From Candidatus Calescibacterium sp. (lineage in GTDB: Bacteria; Calescibacteriota; Calescibacteriia; Calescibacteriales; Calescibacteriaceae), in NCBI GenBank assembly GCA_032249135.1, contig JAVVGL010000006.1, positions 19,792-83,791 on the forward strand: a stretch of DNA of 64,000 bases. The letters run 5' to 3'. Shown here one piece after another: positions 55,615 through 64,000 of this stretch. The position numbers and the translations under genes were made by a program. The notes under the pieces are model-generated. The model was not told where the DNA came from and made no database searches. It worked only from the letters and a program-made list of their open reading frames with translations. Every line of letters starts with the position of its first letter. The first letter of the stretch is position 1.

Positions 55615-56520
55615 ATGGTTTCATTTATCATAAGGCGAGTTTTTTTTGGGTTTTTGGTTATTTTGCTTGTTATAACTTCTACTTTTTTTCTGCTCAGGCT
55701 TTTGCCAGGAGGTCCATTTGACAAAGAAAAAAAACTACCAGAAGAAATAAAAATAAATATAGAGAGAAAGTTTCATCTTGATAAACCTCTTCATCAGCAG
55801 TTTCTTATTTACATAAGTGGGGTTTTGAAGGGGGATTTCGGACCATCGTATAAATTCCTTCACAGAACTGCAAACGATATCATAAAAGATACTTTTCCTG
55901 TTTCATTGAAACTTGGGCTCACATCTTTTATTTTATCTTTGTTTTTGGGTATAGTTTTTGGGACGCTATCTGCTTTTCGTTTTGGAAAATTTTTTGAGCT
56001 TGTTATATCTTTTGGAATATCTTTGCCGTCTTTTGTTGTTGCATCTTTGCTCATAATCATTTTTTCTTTGAGTTTAAATCTTTTCCCGCCGGCTTTGTTT
56101 GAAGGTTGGAAATATATGGTTCTACCAGTTATAACTTTATCTTTTGGTCCTACTCTTTATATTGCAAAGCTCACAAGAACATCTGTTCTCTCAACTCTTC
56201 AAGAAGATTTCACAAAATTTGCAAAGTCAAAAGGAATAGGAGATTTCAGGTTCTTTTTACATGTTATTTCAGCATCTTTGTCCTCTGTTTTCAGTGTAGC
56301 AGGACTTTTGTTTGCATTTATGATTACGGGTTCTTTCATTGTTGAAACTGTTTTCGCAATACCCGGTATGGGAAGGTATTTTGTGCTTTCGGTAATAGAT
56401 AGGGATTATCCTGTTGTTATGGCTTTAACTATTGTTTTCACAACTATTCTGGTTTTCGCAAACATACTATCTGAAATATTATATGTTATTTTTGACCCAA
56501 GAGCTCGTGAGAAAATTTGA
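55615..56520 (+). CDS. ABC transporter permease (OppB/DppB family)
   Basis: The N-terminus FIIRRVFFGFLVILLVITSTFFLLRLLPGGPF is typical of OppB/DppB. It has an EAA-like loop region and six TM segments. I prefer the start at ATG 55615 (after the cobQ stop). No partner permease, ATPase or SBP gene is adjacent. Confidence 0.8.
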   Translation: MVSFIIRRVFFGFLVILLVITSTFFLLRLLPGGPFDKEKKLPEEIKINIERKFHLDKPLHQQFLIYISGVLKGDFGPSYKFLHRTANDIIKDTFPVSLKLGLTSFILSLFLGIVFGTLSAFRFGKFFELVISFGISLPSFVVASLLIIIFSLSLNLFPPALFEGWKYMVLPVITLSFGPTLYIAKLTRTSVLSTLQEDFTKFAKSKGIGDFRFFLHVISASLSSVFSVAGLLFAFMITGSFIVETVFAIPGMGRYFVLSVIDRDYPVVMALTIVFTTILVFANILSEILYVIFDPRAREKI

Positions 56521-57799
56521 AAACAAAAAATATGTTTTTTCAGTTCCACTTTTAATTTTCAGGTTTTTTGTTCTGCTTCTTTTTCTCAATTCTTTCGTTT
56601 TTTCTTTCGTAATGAGCTGTTCAGGAAAAAAGTCCTCGTTGGAGATCTCTACCGATTCCAAAGAGAACACGGTTGATTCCAAAGAAAGCTCCGTTGAAGT
56701 TTCTTTTTCTGATTTGGCTGTTGTTGTTCCTTCCGATGGTCTTCCATCTTATGTCAAAGTTTTGACCTCAAATAATAACCTTGATGTAATTGTTTTTCAA
56801 GGTAGAGTTTTTCTTGCTTTCAGAACTGCTCCATCTCACTTTGCATCAGATAAAACTAAACTTTATATTGTAAGTTCAGAAGATGAAAAAACTTGGAAGT
56901 ATGAAGGAGAATTCTTTTTAGGTAGAGATTTGAGAGAGCCGAGATTTTTGGCTATAAAAGATAAGCTTTTCATTTACTTTGCTGTTTTGGGAAAAGACCC
57001 CCTGAAATTTGAACCGGGATTTACTTTATTCTCTTTATATCAAAATAATGGCTGGTCAGAACCTTCGTCTTTCCCTATACCTACTTTCATTCCTTGGAGA
57101 ATAAAAAGTTTTGGAGATTATGCTGTGATGTTCGGATATGCTGGAGGAGAAAGTGTTTATAATCCGACACAAGCTGAAAAAGTCAAGGTTTATATGCTGA
57201 AAACTTCCGATGGGGTAAATTGGGAACCTTTCTGGAAAAACAAGGAAGTTATAATGGAGGGAGGATGCTCTGAAGCAGATGGAGAATTTGACGATAACGG
57301 GGATTTTTATCTTGTTTGCAGGAACGAGCTTGGTGATGAATTTGGATTTGGTTCAAAAATATGTCTTGCTAAAAAAGGTAATTTAGATGAACTTATATGT
57401 AAGGCAGATAAGAGAAAGTTTGATTCTCCCTTGCTTTTCAAGTATAAATCCTATATTTTTTTGATTGCAAGGAGAAATTTATCAGATAATGGGTTTTATG
57501 ATATAGCGGAAGAAGGCTCTCATTTTGATAGGTACCTTAAAAATCAAATTGAATACTGGAATAAACCAAAAAGATGTTCTGTCTGGCTTATAAAAAAAGA
57601 GGATTTGACAGTGGAATTCCTATATGATTTGCCATCAAAAGGCGATACATGTTTTCCAAGCATATTTTTCAGAAACGAAATTATAAGACTTTATAACTAC
57701 ACATCAGATATAAACGGTCCAGATATATCTTGGCAACAAGGTCAGCTTTTACCTACATTTATTGTATCAGGAAATCTCATTATAAAAATACGAAAATAG
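56507..57799 (+). CDS. Lipoprotein, possible beta-propeller with Asp-box-like motifs
   Basis: A GTG start at 56507 gives the signal MRKFENKKYVFSVPLLIFRFFVLLLFLNSFVFSFVMSCSG (lipobox VMSC). SSEDEKTW and TSDGVNW resemble shortened Asp-boxes. The function is unknown. Confidence 0.6.
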   Translation: MRKFENKKYVFSVPLLIFRFFVLLLFLNSFVFSFVMSCSGKKSSLEISTDSKENTVDSKESSVEVSFSDLAVVVPSDGLPSYVKVLTSNNNLDVIVFQGRVFLAFRTAPSHFASDKTKLYIVSSEDEKTWKYEGEFFLGRDLREPRFLAIKDKLFIYFAVLGKDPLKFEPGFTLFSLYQNNGWSEPSSFPIPTFIPWRIKSFGDYAVMFGYAGGESVYNPTQAEKVKVYMLKTSDGVNWEPFWKNKEVIMEGGCSEADGEFDDNGDFYLVCRNELGDEFGFGSKICLAKKGNLDELICKADKRKFDSPLLFKYKSYIFLIARRNLSDNGFYDIAEEGSHFDRYLKNQIEYWNKPKRCSVWLIKKEDLTVEFLYDLPSKGDTCFPSIFFRNEIIRLYNYTSDINGPDISWQQGQLLPTFIVSGNLIIKIRK

Positions 57800-57826
57800 G
57801 GAACTAAAATGCGAAAATAGGGAATT

Positions 57827-57835
57827 TGGTATAAT
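57827..57835 (+). promoter_or_regulatory. Candidate extended -10 promoter (TGgTATAAT)
   Basis: There is a perfect TATAAT at 57830-57835 preceded by TGg, 22 nt upstream of ATG 57858. No convincing -35 element is present. Confidence 0.4.
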
Positions 57836-57857
57836 AAGAAATAATTTTTTTTCTGAT

Positions 57858-58949
57858 ATGCTGTTTTTTTATGGTGCCTATGGATTTACCGGAAGGCAGA
57901 TTTTTGACTTTTTCAGATCACATTTTCCCTTGCAAAGTAAAAAAATCATAATATCTGGAAAAAATAAAGAAAAGCTTGATAATCTGAAAGGAAAACTGAA
58001 AAGTAAGTTCCCTCAAATTGAAGTAGATATTTTGCCCGCGACACCTTTTGAACTTCAATCAAAGAAAATAGATGGAATAAAGTTGGTTGTAAATACTGCT
58101 GGACCTTTTTCTGATACGGGGGAATTTGTTCTGAACTTTGCAATCAGAAACGACGCAAATTATATTGATTGCACCGGTGAGTGGAACTGGACAAAAAAGA
58201 TAATAGATAATTACGATAAAATTTTGAAAGAAAAAAAGCTTTTTGCATCATCTGGGGTTGCGTGGGAAACTGTATCTGGTGAGATTTGTGTGAAAGAACT
58301 CGTTGATAAACTAAAACAAGAAGGAAAAATTTCAGATGTGAAAAAAATTCATCTTGTATATCTTGCAGATTTTGCTATGTCTCGTGGAACCTTGAAATCT
58401 TCTCTGAAAATTTTAAAAAGCGGAGCTATAAGATGGGAATATGGAAAAATAAAAACGGTTCAACCTGCTGAAAGAAAATTTAGCTTTGATCTTCAAGGTA
58501 AATCAAAATTTTTAGCTCTGAATTTATCTACATCAGATGTTATAAATGTTCCTCTTTCTTTGGGAGAGCTTTCACAAAGTATTGAGTTTGAAGTGTTTTT
58601 TGCTACATCTCAAAAAAGGGCTCAAATATTTTCTTATCTTGTAAAGACTATGAGAAGATTGGCTTCTTTTAGATTTTTCGCAACAATTTCAAACTTTATT
58701 TTGAATTTGCTCCCTGAACCTGATGAGAACAGATTGCAAAATAGGGCTTCTGCTTTGGCTTTCGCATACGACGCAAACTCCAACATAATATCTTCTTATG
58801 AAATAAAGGCTACAAAGCCCTATTATATAACAGCAAAAATTCTCGCTTTCGCCTGTTCTCAGTTTGAAAAAGGAAATTACAAAAAACTATACGGATATGT
58901 TTCTCCTACTTTTCTTTTTGACTTTCCCAAAGATTTCATTTTTTCATGA
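57858..58949 (+). CDS. Saccharopine dehydrogenase-like NAD(P)-binding oxidoreductase
   Basis: The N-terminus MLFFYGAYGFTGRQI is typical of the family, VVNTAGPF is present, and the size is ~360 aa. Confidence 0.6.
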   Translation: MLFFYGAYGFTGRQIFDFFRSHFPLQSKKIIISGKNKEKLDNLKGKLKSKFPQIEVDILPATPFELQSKKIDGIKLVVNTAGPFSDTGEFVLNFAIRNDANYIDCTGEWNWTKKIIDNYDKILKEKKLFASSGVAWETVSGEICVKELVDKLKQEGKISDVKKIHLVYLADFAMSRGTLKSSLKILKSGAIRWEYGKIKTVQPAERKFSFDLQGKSKFLALNLSTSDVINVPLSLGELSQSIEFEVFFATSQKRAQIFSYLVKTMRRLASFRFFATISNFILNLLPEPDENRLQNRASALAFAYDANSNIISSYEIKATKPYYITAKILAFACSQFEKGNYKKLYGYVSPTFLFDFPKDFIFS

Positions 58950-58988
58950 AACGAAATTTTTCTTTGAGGAATTGAAAATTTATTATTA

Positions 58989-60068
58989 ATGAAAAAAAGA
59001 AAAATAGTAGTTAGTGATTTGCATCTTGGTAAAGGTAGAATATTTGAGGGGCAGTTGAATTACAAAGAAGATTTCATATATGATGAGGATTTTTATGAGT
59101 TTCTAAGATGGTGGGTAAAAGATTCTCAAAGTTCCGGAGCTGAATTTGAGCTCGTTCTTAACGGAGATATATTAGATGTAATAAAATCTACTCATAGAGA
59201 TGGTAAAGTCTATAAAAAAGATGTTTTTGATTTTTTGTCCGCTTGTATAGAGAACCACAAAATCTTTTTTGATGCTCTGCGTGATTTCACTTATGAAGGT
59301 GGAAAAATCATCTGGATAATAGGAAATCATGATCATCCAATAGCATCTCCTGATATGCAGAATTATCTTTTGGAAAAAACTTCAATAAATTTTAAGTTCG
59401 TAAAAAAAGAGTACTTTGATAATGGCATCTGGATAGAGCACGGAAATAGATATGAAGCAATAAATAGAACCGATCTTGTGAATATTTGGCTCAAAGATGA
59501 AAAGGGAGAGGAGTTCTTAAACATGCCATGGGGAACAAAGTTTGTAGTAGAGGTCATAGACCCTTTTTCTTTTACGAAACCATATCTTGATAGGTGGAGA
59601 CCTTTAGGGAAAGCTATAAAGTGGGGACTTATTTTTGAGACGAAAATTTCTCTACTTGCTCTTTTTAAGGTGATAAAATTTGTTCTTAAAAATAGAAAAT
59701 TTTACGACCCTGTAAGAAGAAGGTCATTTTATGTTCCTCTAAATCTTGTTATGGATGCTATGGGACACAAAATAGTAGATAGGTCCGCAAGAATTTTACT
59801 CAGAAGGCAAGATGTGAAAGTTGTTGTTATGGGACACACTCACAGGGGGCTTATTGCAAGATACAAAGATAAAATATATGCTAATTCCGGAACTTGGGTT
59901 CCTTTTGTATCATTTGACACACCTCAGATAGGACTTATTGAGAAGAAAAATTTTGTAGTGATAGATATGCAACCCCAGTTCAGTTCACCTTTTGTAGGAG
60001 TGTATTCCTGGTATGGCAGAGGAAGGATTTTTGAAGAGATAAAAGAACTTAACATTTCCGAAGGCTAA
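58989..60068 (+). CDS. Calcineurin-like metallophosphoesterase
   Basis: The motifs are VVSDLHLG, NGDILD, GNHD and GHTH. Confidence 0.75.
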   Translation: MKKRKIVVSDLHLGKGRIFEGQLNYKEDFIYDEDFYEFLRWWVKDSQSSGAEFELVLNGDILDVIKSTHRDGKVYKKDVFDFLSACIENHKIFFDALRDFTYEGGKIIWIIGNHDHPIASPDMQNYLLEKTSINFKFVKKEYFDNGIWIEHGNRYEAINRTDLVNIWLKDEKGEEFLNMPWGTKFVVEVIDPFSFTKPYLDRWRPLGKAIKWGLIFETKISLLALFKVIKFVLKNRKFYDPVRRRSFYVPLNLVMDAMGHKIVDRSARILLRRQDVKVVVMGHTHRGLIARYKDKIYANSGTWVPFVSFDTPQIGLIEKKNFVVIDMQPQFSSPFVGVYSWYGRGRIFEEIKELNISEG

Positions 60069-60133
60069 ATTTATTAAATTTGGAATTTGGAATCTTGTGA
60101 AAACTCCACCAAATCTGACTAAATTTTATATAT

Positions 60134-62815
60134 ATGAACTTATTGTATAAAAACAAGGGGTTTTTGAAACTTTTGAATTTCCTTATTCTTTCTTCCTTTT
60201 TTGTTTTTCTCTTTTTATCTTGTGGTAGAGCATGGAGGGAGGAGGTTATTCCGGCAGAGAAGAGAAAAATTGTTCCGAAAACCCAGGAGGTTACAAAGCT
60301 TCCTCGTCCACAGCAAATTAAAGGTGTTCAGTGGGACTTTATTTTAGATTCAGACGATGTCCCTCATATTGCTATTTTTGATGAACTTTCAGGTCGGCTA
60401 ATGTATTATACACTTGGTTACCAGGAAAATTGGACAAGTCAGCAGGTGGACCCACCCGAGGGAAAATTTGGGTATGTTGCAGGAGAAAGTCCAAATATAT
60501 TCTTGGTAGATGATAAGATACATATAGTTTATCTTTCATCATCAGAGAAAGATAAGATACCTCGGATGAGGTTATTGAAGGAGGCTCTTTTGGATTCTTT
60601 TGGAGTTTGGCGTTGCAGAACAGTTATGCGAGTTCAAGATGGGGAGTTAAAATTCGTAAGAGCTATATATTCTCCAGAGTCCCAAAAAATTATTGCTGCA
60701 CTTTTAGACAGTTATGAGAACGCAATATCACTTGTTATCTTCTCCCCTGCAACCGAAAAAAATACTCCTTTGTGCAGTAATGAGGATATAGAAGAAAGGG
60801 AAAAACCAAAAGGAGACATATTTTTCTTAGGGAATATGTATTACTTTGCACAAGGAGAATTGAGACTGAAAAATAAGCTTGATCCCCGCTGTAATCCAGT
60901 TGAATCCCGTAGAACACCTCCGCAAGCCGGATTTTCTCTCCAACTTATAAATTTTGCAAGAAATCTTAAAAGCAAAACCGGATTTATCTCTCATGACATT
61001 ATTTTAGATCAAACTTTTTGGATTGAGTTCGACCAAGATAACTTAAAACGCGTAGGAGAAATATACAAAGAATTTCAAGTCAGTATAACCGTAATTTCAA
61101 CCGATGTTTTACAATTCTCCGCTGGGGCGGATCACACTTGTGTTGTGAGGCAAGATGATTCACTTTGGTGTTGGGGAAGAAACGAAGATGGACAGGCAGG
61201 TGGTGAAACATCGCAAAAAAGAAGTAATCCTATTAAAGTTATTGATGAAGTTTCAAAAGTTTCTGCGGGAGGATATCATACTTGTATAATAAAAAAGAAG
61301 GATAAGAGTTTGCAGTGCTGGGGAAGAAACGATAATGGTCAGTTGGGAGATGGCACAACGGAAAAAAAAGCTTCTCCCGTTGAAGTTAAGGATATTACCA
61401 AAGTTTTGCAAGTATCAGCTGGTGGAGAACATACATGCGCTGTGAAGGAAGATAGGAGTTTGTGGTGTTGGGGGAGGAATGATAATGGTCAGGTGGGAGA
61501 TGGTACGACTGAGAGTAGGACTTCTCCTGTTAAGATTATGGATGGGGTTTTACAAGTATCAGCGGGTGGAGAGCATACCTGTGCTGTGAAAGAAGACAGA
61601 AGTTTATGGTGCTGGGGGAAGAACGATAATGGTCAGGTAGGGGATGGAACGACGGAAAGGAGGACTTATCCTGTTAAAGTTATGGATGGGGTTTTACAGG
61701 TATCGGCGGGTGGAGAACATACATGTGCTGTGAAAGAAGACAGAAGTTTATGGTGCTGGGGTAAAAATGACTATGGTCAGTTGGGTGATAAAACCAATAC
61801 TGCGCGCAAGTCCCCTGTTAATATTATATCAGGAGTTTCTCAAGTTTCCGCGGGTGGAAATCATACTTGTGCCGTAAAAGATGGTGCTTTGTGGTGTTGG
61901 GGGAGAAATGATCAAGGGCAATTAGGAGATGGAACATGGGAGCACAAGAATTTTCCTGTTAAAATTGTTGATGGTGTTTCAGCGGTGTCCACAGGCGGTG
62001 ATCATACATGCATACTAAGAGGAGGTGGAACTTTATGGTGTTTTGGTAGGAATGATTATGGGCAATTGGGGAATGGAACTTATGAAAATAGAAATTTTAC
62101 TACGAGTGCAGATCTTGGTTCTTTTTGGTTTTCCACTGGGGGTGATTGTAAAACTATTCTTGCGAGAGGTTTATTTCTTAGGTTTGATAACCCAATAAAA
62201 AATCTATTATTCGCAACTGTTTCTTTCCGTGATGGTACATCTAATCCCATAAAGGCTATTTTGTATTCGCCTTACGAAATTTACCTTGATCTTACAAATA
62301 TTAATATTTCATCTTTCCCTTTCACTTTGGCTATAAAGTATAATACGATGTTGCCATTTAAATATACCTTTATTGGTAAGTCAAGGAAATTCCCATCTGT
62401 TTCTGCTGATAAAGATGGGAGGATTCACTTTGCCAGTTTCAATTCAACTCCACCAATTTTTGCAGCTGAGTATGGGGTTATTCGTGATGTTCAATCTGGC
62501 GTTATATTTACGAGTATTATTGAAGGAGGAGGCGGCGGTTACTATACTCAGGGAACAGCGGGTACATCCATTGCTGTCACTGATGGGGGGTATCCGTTAG
62601 TAGTGTATTTTGCCCCTAATGAATCAGATATGAAGGTTGCGGTGCCCCTTGAGAATACATGGCAGGTTATGAGGAGAAAAACAGAAGCTGAATCTGGTCT
62701 TATGCCAAAAGCAATTATGACGAAAGATAATGTATCGGTTGCCATACTTGTCCCTACCATTACATATGATTACATTAAGTTTGACGTGATTTTCATCCCT
62801 TTAACATTATGGTAA
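60134..62815 (+). CDS. Lipoprotein with a central seven-blade RCC1-repeat propeller flanked by a second repeat type
   Basis: The signal has the lipobox FLSCG. There are seven units of the type V.QVSAGG.HTCA...G.LWCWG.N..GQLGDGT at 61106-62098. Confidence 0.85.
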   Translation: MNLLYKNKGFLKLLNFLILSSFFVFLFLSCGRAWREEVIPAEKRKIVPKTQEVTKLPRPQQIKGVQWDFILDSDDVPHIAIFDELSGRLMYYTLGYQENWTSQQVDPPEGKFGYVAGESPNIFLVDDKIHIVYLSSSEKDKIPRMRLLKEALLDSFGVWRCRTVMRVQDGELKFVRAIYSPESQKIIAALLDSYENAISLVIFSPATEKNTPLCSNEDIEEREKPKGDIFFLGNMYYFAQGELRLKNKLDPRCNPVESRRTPPQAGFSLQLINFARNLKSKTGFISHDIILDQTFWIEFDQDNLKRVGEIYKEFQVSITVISTDVLQFSAGADHTCVVRQDDSLWCWGRNEDGQAGGETSQKRSNPIKVIDEVSKVSAGGYHTCIIKKKDKSLQCWGRNDNGQLGDGTTEKKASPVEVKDITKVLQVSAGGEHTCAVKEDRSLWCWGRNDNGQVGDGTTESRTSPVKIMDGVLQVSAGGEHTCAVKEDRSLWCWGKNDNGQVGDGTTERRTYPVKVMDGVLQVSAGGEHTCAVKEDRSLWCWGKNDYGQLGDKTNTARKSPVNIISGVSQVSAGGNHTCAVKDGALWCWGRNDQGQLGDGTWEHKNFPVKIVDGVSAVSTGGDHTCILRGGGTLWCFGRNDYGQLGNGTYENRNFTTSADLGSFWFSTGGDCKTILARGLFLRFDNPIKNLLFATVSFRDGTSNPIKAILYSPYEIYLDLTNINISSFPFTLAIKYNTMLPFKYTFIGKSRKFPSVSADKDGRIHFASFNSTPPIFAAEYGVIRDVQSGVIFTSIIEGGGGGYYTQGTAGTSIAVTDGGYPLVVYFAPNESDMKVAVPLENTWQVMRRKTEAESGLMPKAIMTKDNVSVAILVPTITYDYIKFDVIFIPLTLW
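61403..61834 (+). repeat. Three tandem 144-nt (48-aa) RCC1 blade copies with near-identical protein sequence
   Basis: VLQVSAGGEHTCAVKEDRSLWCWG[RK]ND[NY]GQ[VL]GD... occurs at 61403, 61547 and 61691. Copies 2 and 3 share an identical 35-nt stretch (gctgtgaaagaagacagaagtttatggtgctgggg). Copy 1 differs from copy 2 mostly at synonymous sites. Confidence 0.9.
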
Positions 62816-62823
62816 TTTTTGGT

Positions 62824-64000
62824 ATGATTTTGGGAAGAAAAAGTTTGAAGATTTTTTTTGTTTTTCTCGTTTCCGTTTTATCTATTTCATTTTGCGGTAG
62901 GTTTTCAGGAGAATATACTGGGAAGGTTGTGTCATTCGCTCAGGTTGAGCTTAAAGTTGCAGGTCAGGATAGCGGCTGGTTTAGTAACTTCATCCAAGAT
63001 AAAAGTGGAGGAATACATCTTGTATATTATCAATTGCCAAAGAGAACCATTCTTTGGGCTCATGCTCCCAACCTGAGAACAGGTTTTACTCAAATTGAAG
63101 TAATAGACGAAGCTGGAGAAAATGATAATTTTGGATCCCGTCCTCTCCCTCGGGTTGTCGTAGACTCAAAAAACATACCCCATGTCATATACACAAGACA
63201 CATAGTAAATGGAGAAAGTGTTTTCAGAATATATCATGCATGGAGAGTTGAAGATAATAAATGGATAAAAGAACCTGTGAATATTTTTTGCCCTTTTGAA
63301 CCAAAAGCAGAATTTCTTGATGCTGCAATAGACCCTGAGGATATAATCCACATAGCATATATTGGATATGATGGAAAATTGTACTATATAGCAGTTGACG
63401 CTCAAAATCAAACAAGAGCATGTGAGCTTATCGATCCTGCTGTGGGTGAAGTTGCAAGGGTTCCCTCTGGAGGACGTTTGAGTGGGTGTGTTAGTTTGAA
63501 AATAGACCCAGCAGGAGGAATTCATGTCGCTTACTATGATGCAGAAAACGGTAACACAAAATACGCATATAAGAAAAAGTGGGAAACCACATGGGATATC
63601 TCTGTTGTGGGATGGGAAAGGGTTTCTCAAGAGCTGAATTTAGTACAATTACTCGGAGAATATGAAGCAGAACTTTTATATCCTTCTAACGAATCTAAAC
63701 TTGATACATATATTTTTGCAGTTGGTCCTGGGGGTAGAAGAGAGGTTAGTCGTGATTTTTGGAAGTTCAAAGGTAGTAGAAAAGTTGTTTTTTCATCAGA
63801 TGTGGTCGGTCCCGGTAAAGAATTTGACCCTGCAGTTTTTAGATTTAATATAAGCTATGTCAGAGTAGATACTTCACCGGATGATGATGGTAACTTTTGC
63901 GCTGTCGGATATTACTATCCAGACCCAAAAGAACAAGAAAAAACTTACCAGCCATTTATTGCCTATTCAAACTCAACAAAGTCTACATTAGATTTTGCAA
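62824..64000 (+). CDS. Lipoprotein with repeated ...IH[VI]AYY... beta-strand motifs (3' end beyond window); not in the supplied ORF track
   Basis: I translated it by hand. The frame is open from ATG 62824 to the window end (392 codons): MILGRKSLKIFFVFLVSVLSISFCGRFSGEY...GGIHLVYYQ...IPHVIYTRH...IIHIAYIGYDGKLYYIA...GGIHVAYYDAENGNTKYAYKK.... The track lists only an antisense ORF (63166-63630) and short out-of-frame ORFs here. Confidence 0.8.
   Translation, partial: MILGRKSLKIFFVFLVSVLSISFCGRFSGEYTGKVVSFAQVELKVAGQDSGWFSNFIQDKSGGIHLVYYQLPKRTILWAHAPNLRTGFTQIEVIDEAGENDNFGSRPLPRVVVDSKNIPHVIYTRHIVNGESVFRIYHAWRVEDNKWIKEPVNIFCPFEPKAEFLDAAIDPEDIIHIAYIGYDGKLYYIAVDAQNQTRACELIDPAVGEVARVPSGGRLSGCVSLKIDPAGGIHVAYYDAENGNTKYAYKKKWETTWDISVVGWERVSQELNLVQLLGEYEAELLYPSNESKLDTYIFAVGPGGRREVSRDFWKFKGSRKVVFSSDVVGPGKEFDPAVFRFNISYVRVDTSPDDDGNFCAVGYYYPDPKEQEKTYQPFIAYSNSTKSTLDFA

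Noticed and set aside
63166-63630. A 154-aa minus-strand ORF is listed in the track near the window end.
   Set aside because: It is antisense to a 392-codon open plus-strand frame (62824 onward) that has a signal peptide/lipobox and repeat motifs. Its own sequence is Cys/Phe/Ile-rich with no recognisable features.
1-64000. CRISPR arrays, transposases, integrases, prophage or toxin-antitoxin modules.
   Set aside because: I found no regularly spaced direct repeats with unique spacers, no DDE/tyrosine/serine recombinase motifs and no terminal inverted repeats. The only tandem repeats are in-frame coding repeats (31529-31801, 61403-61834).

Overview
This is a low-GC bacterial chromosomal segment with about 50 tightly packed genes. 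Hand counts on sample lines give about 32% GC in ordinary genes. Housekeeping proteins are K/E/I-rich (thermophile-like), and the lineage cannot be assigned from sequence alone. Recognisable housekeeping genes are the 3' part of rpoC, nuoI, an MtaB-like methylthiotransferase, nrnA-like, cysS, rsfS, rplP, ribH, accC, tilS, pgpA, tsaB, gltX, lipA, tal, cobQ, tRNA-Arg(CCU) and tRNA-Lys(CUU). Many of these are singletons away from their usual operon partners: rplP outside the S10 operon, and nuoI, an oppB-like permease and accC each alone. Between them lies a dense set of exported or surface proteins. These are an M6 metalloprotease, an Ig-repeat protein with a C-terminal beta-barrel, a TPR lipoprotein, a PKD protein, a GspD secretin (with a GspE/PilB ATPase elsewhere), an 816-aa CarboxypepD_reg/TSP3-like protein, an Asp-box-like lipoprotein, a 7-bladed RCC1 lipoprotein, and a partial ORF at the 3' edge that the ORF track missed. 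The main candidate for something new is at 32-50 kb. Two paralogous giant Cys-rich secreted proteins (about 1982 aa and 1343 aa) have visibly higher GC and non-K/E composition. They are interleaved with uncharacterised polytopic membrane proteins and two tandem divergent Lgt paralogs. Giant 1 and the distant M6 protease end in the same tripartite C-terminal signal: G-x-F-G-C-S, then a TM helix, then a polybasic tail. Giant 2 stops right after the same Cys motif. I read this as a possible MYXO-CTERM-like, lipobox-like C-terminal sorting or lipidation system; that is inference. A PAP2 / geranylgeranyl-reductase-like / UbiA cluster and two alpha/alpha-toroid-like exported proteins sit immediately upstream. 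I recognised no CRISPR array, transposase, integrase, phage genes or rRNA.
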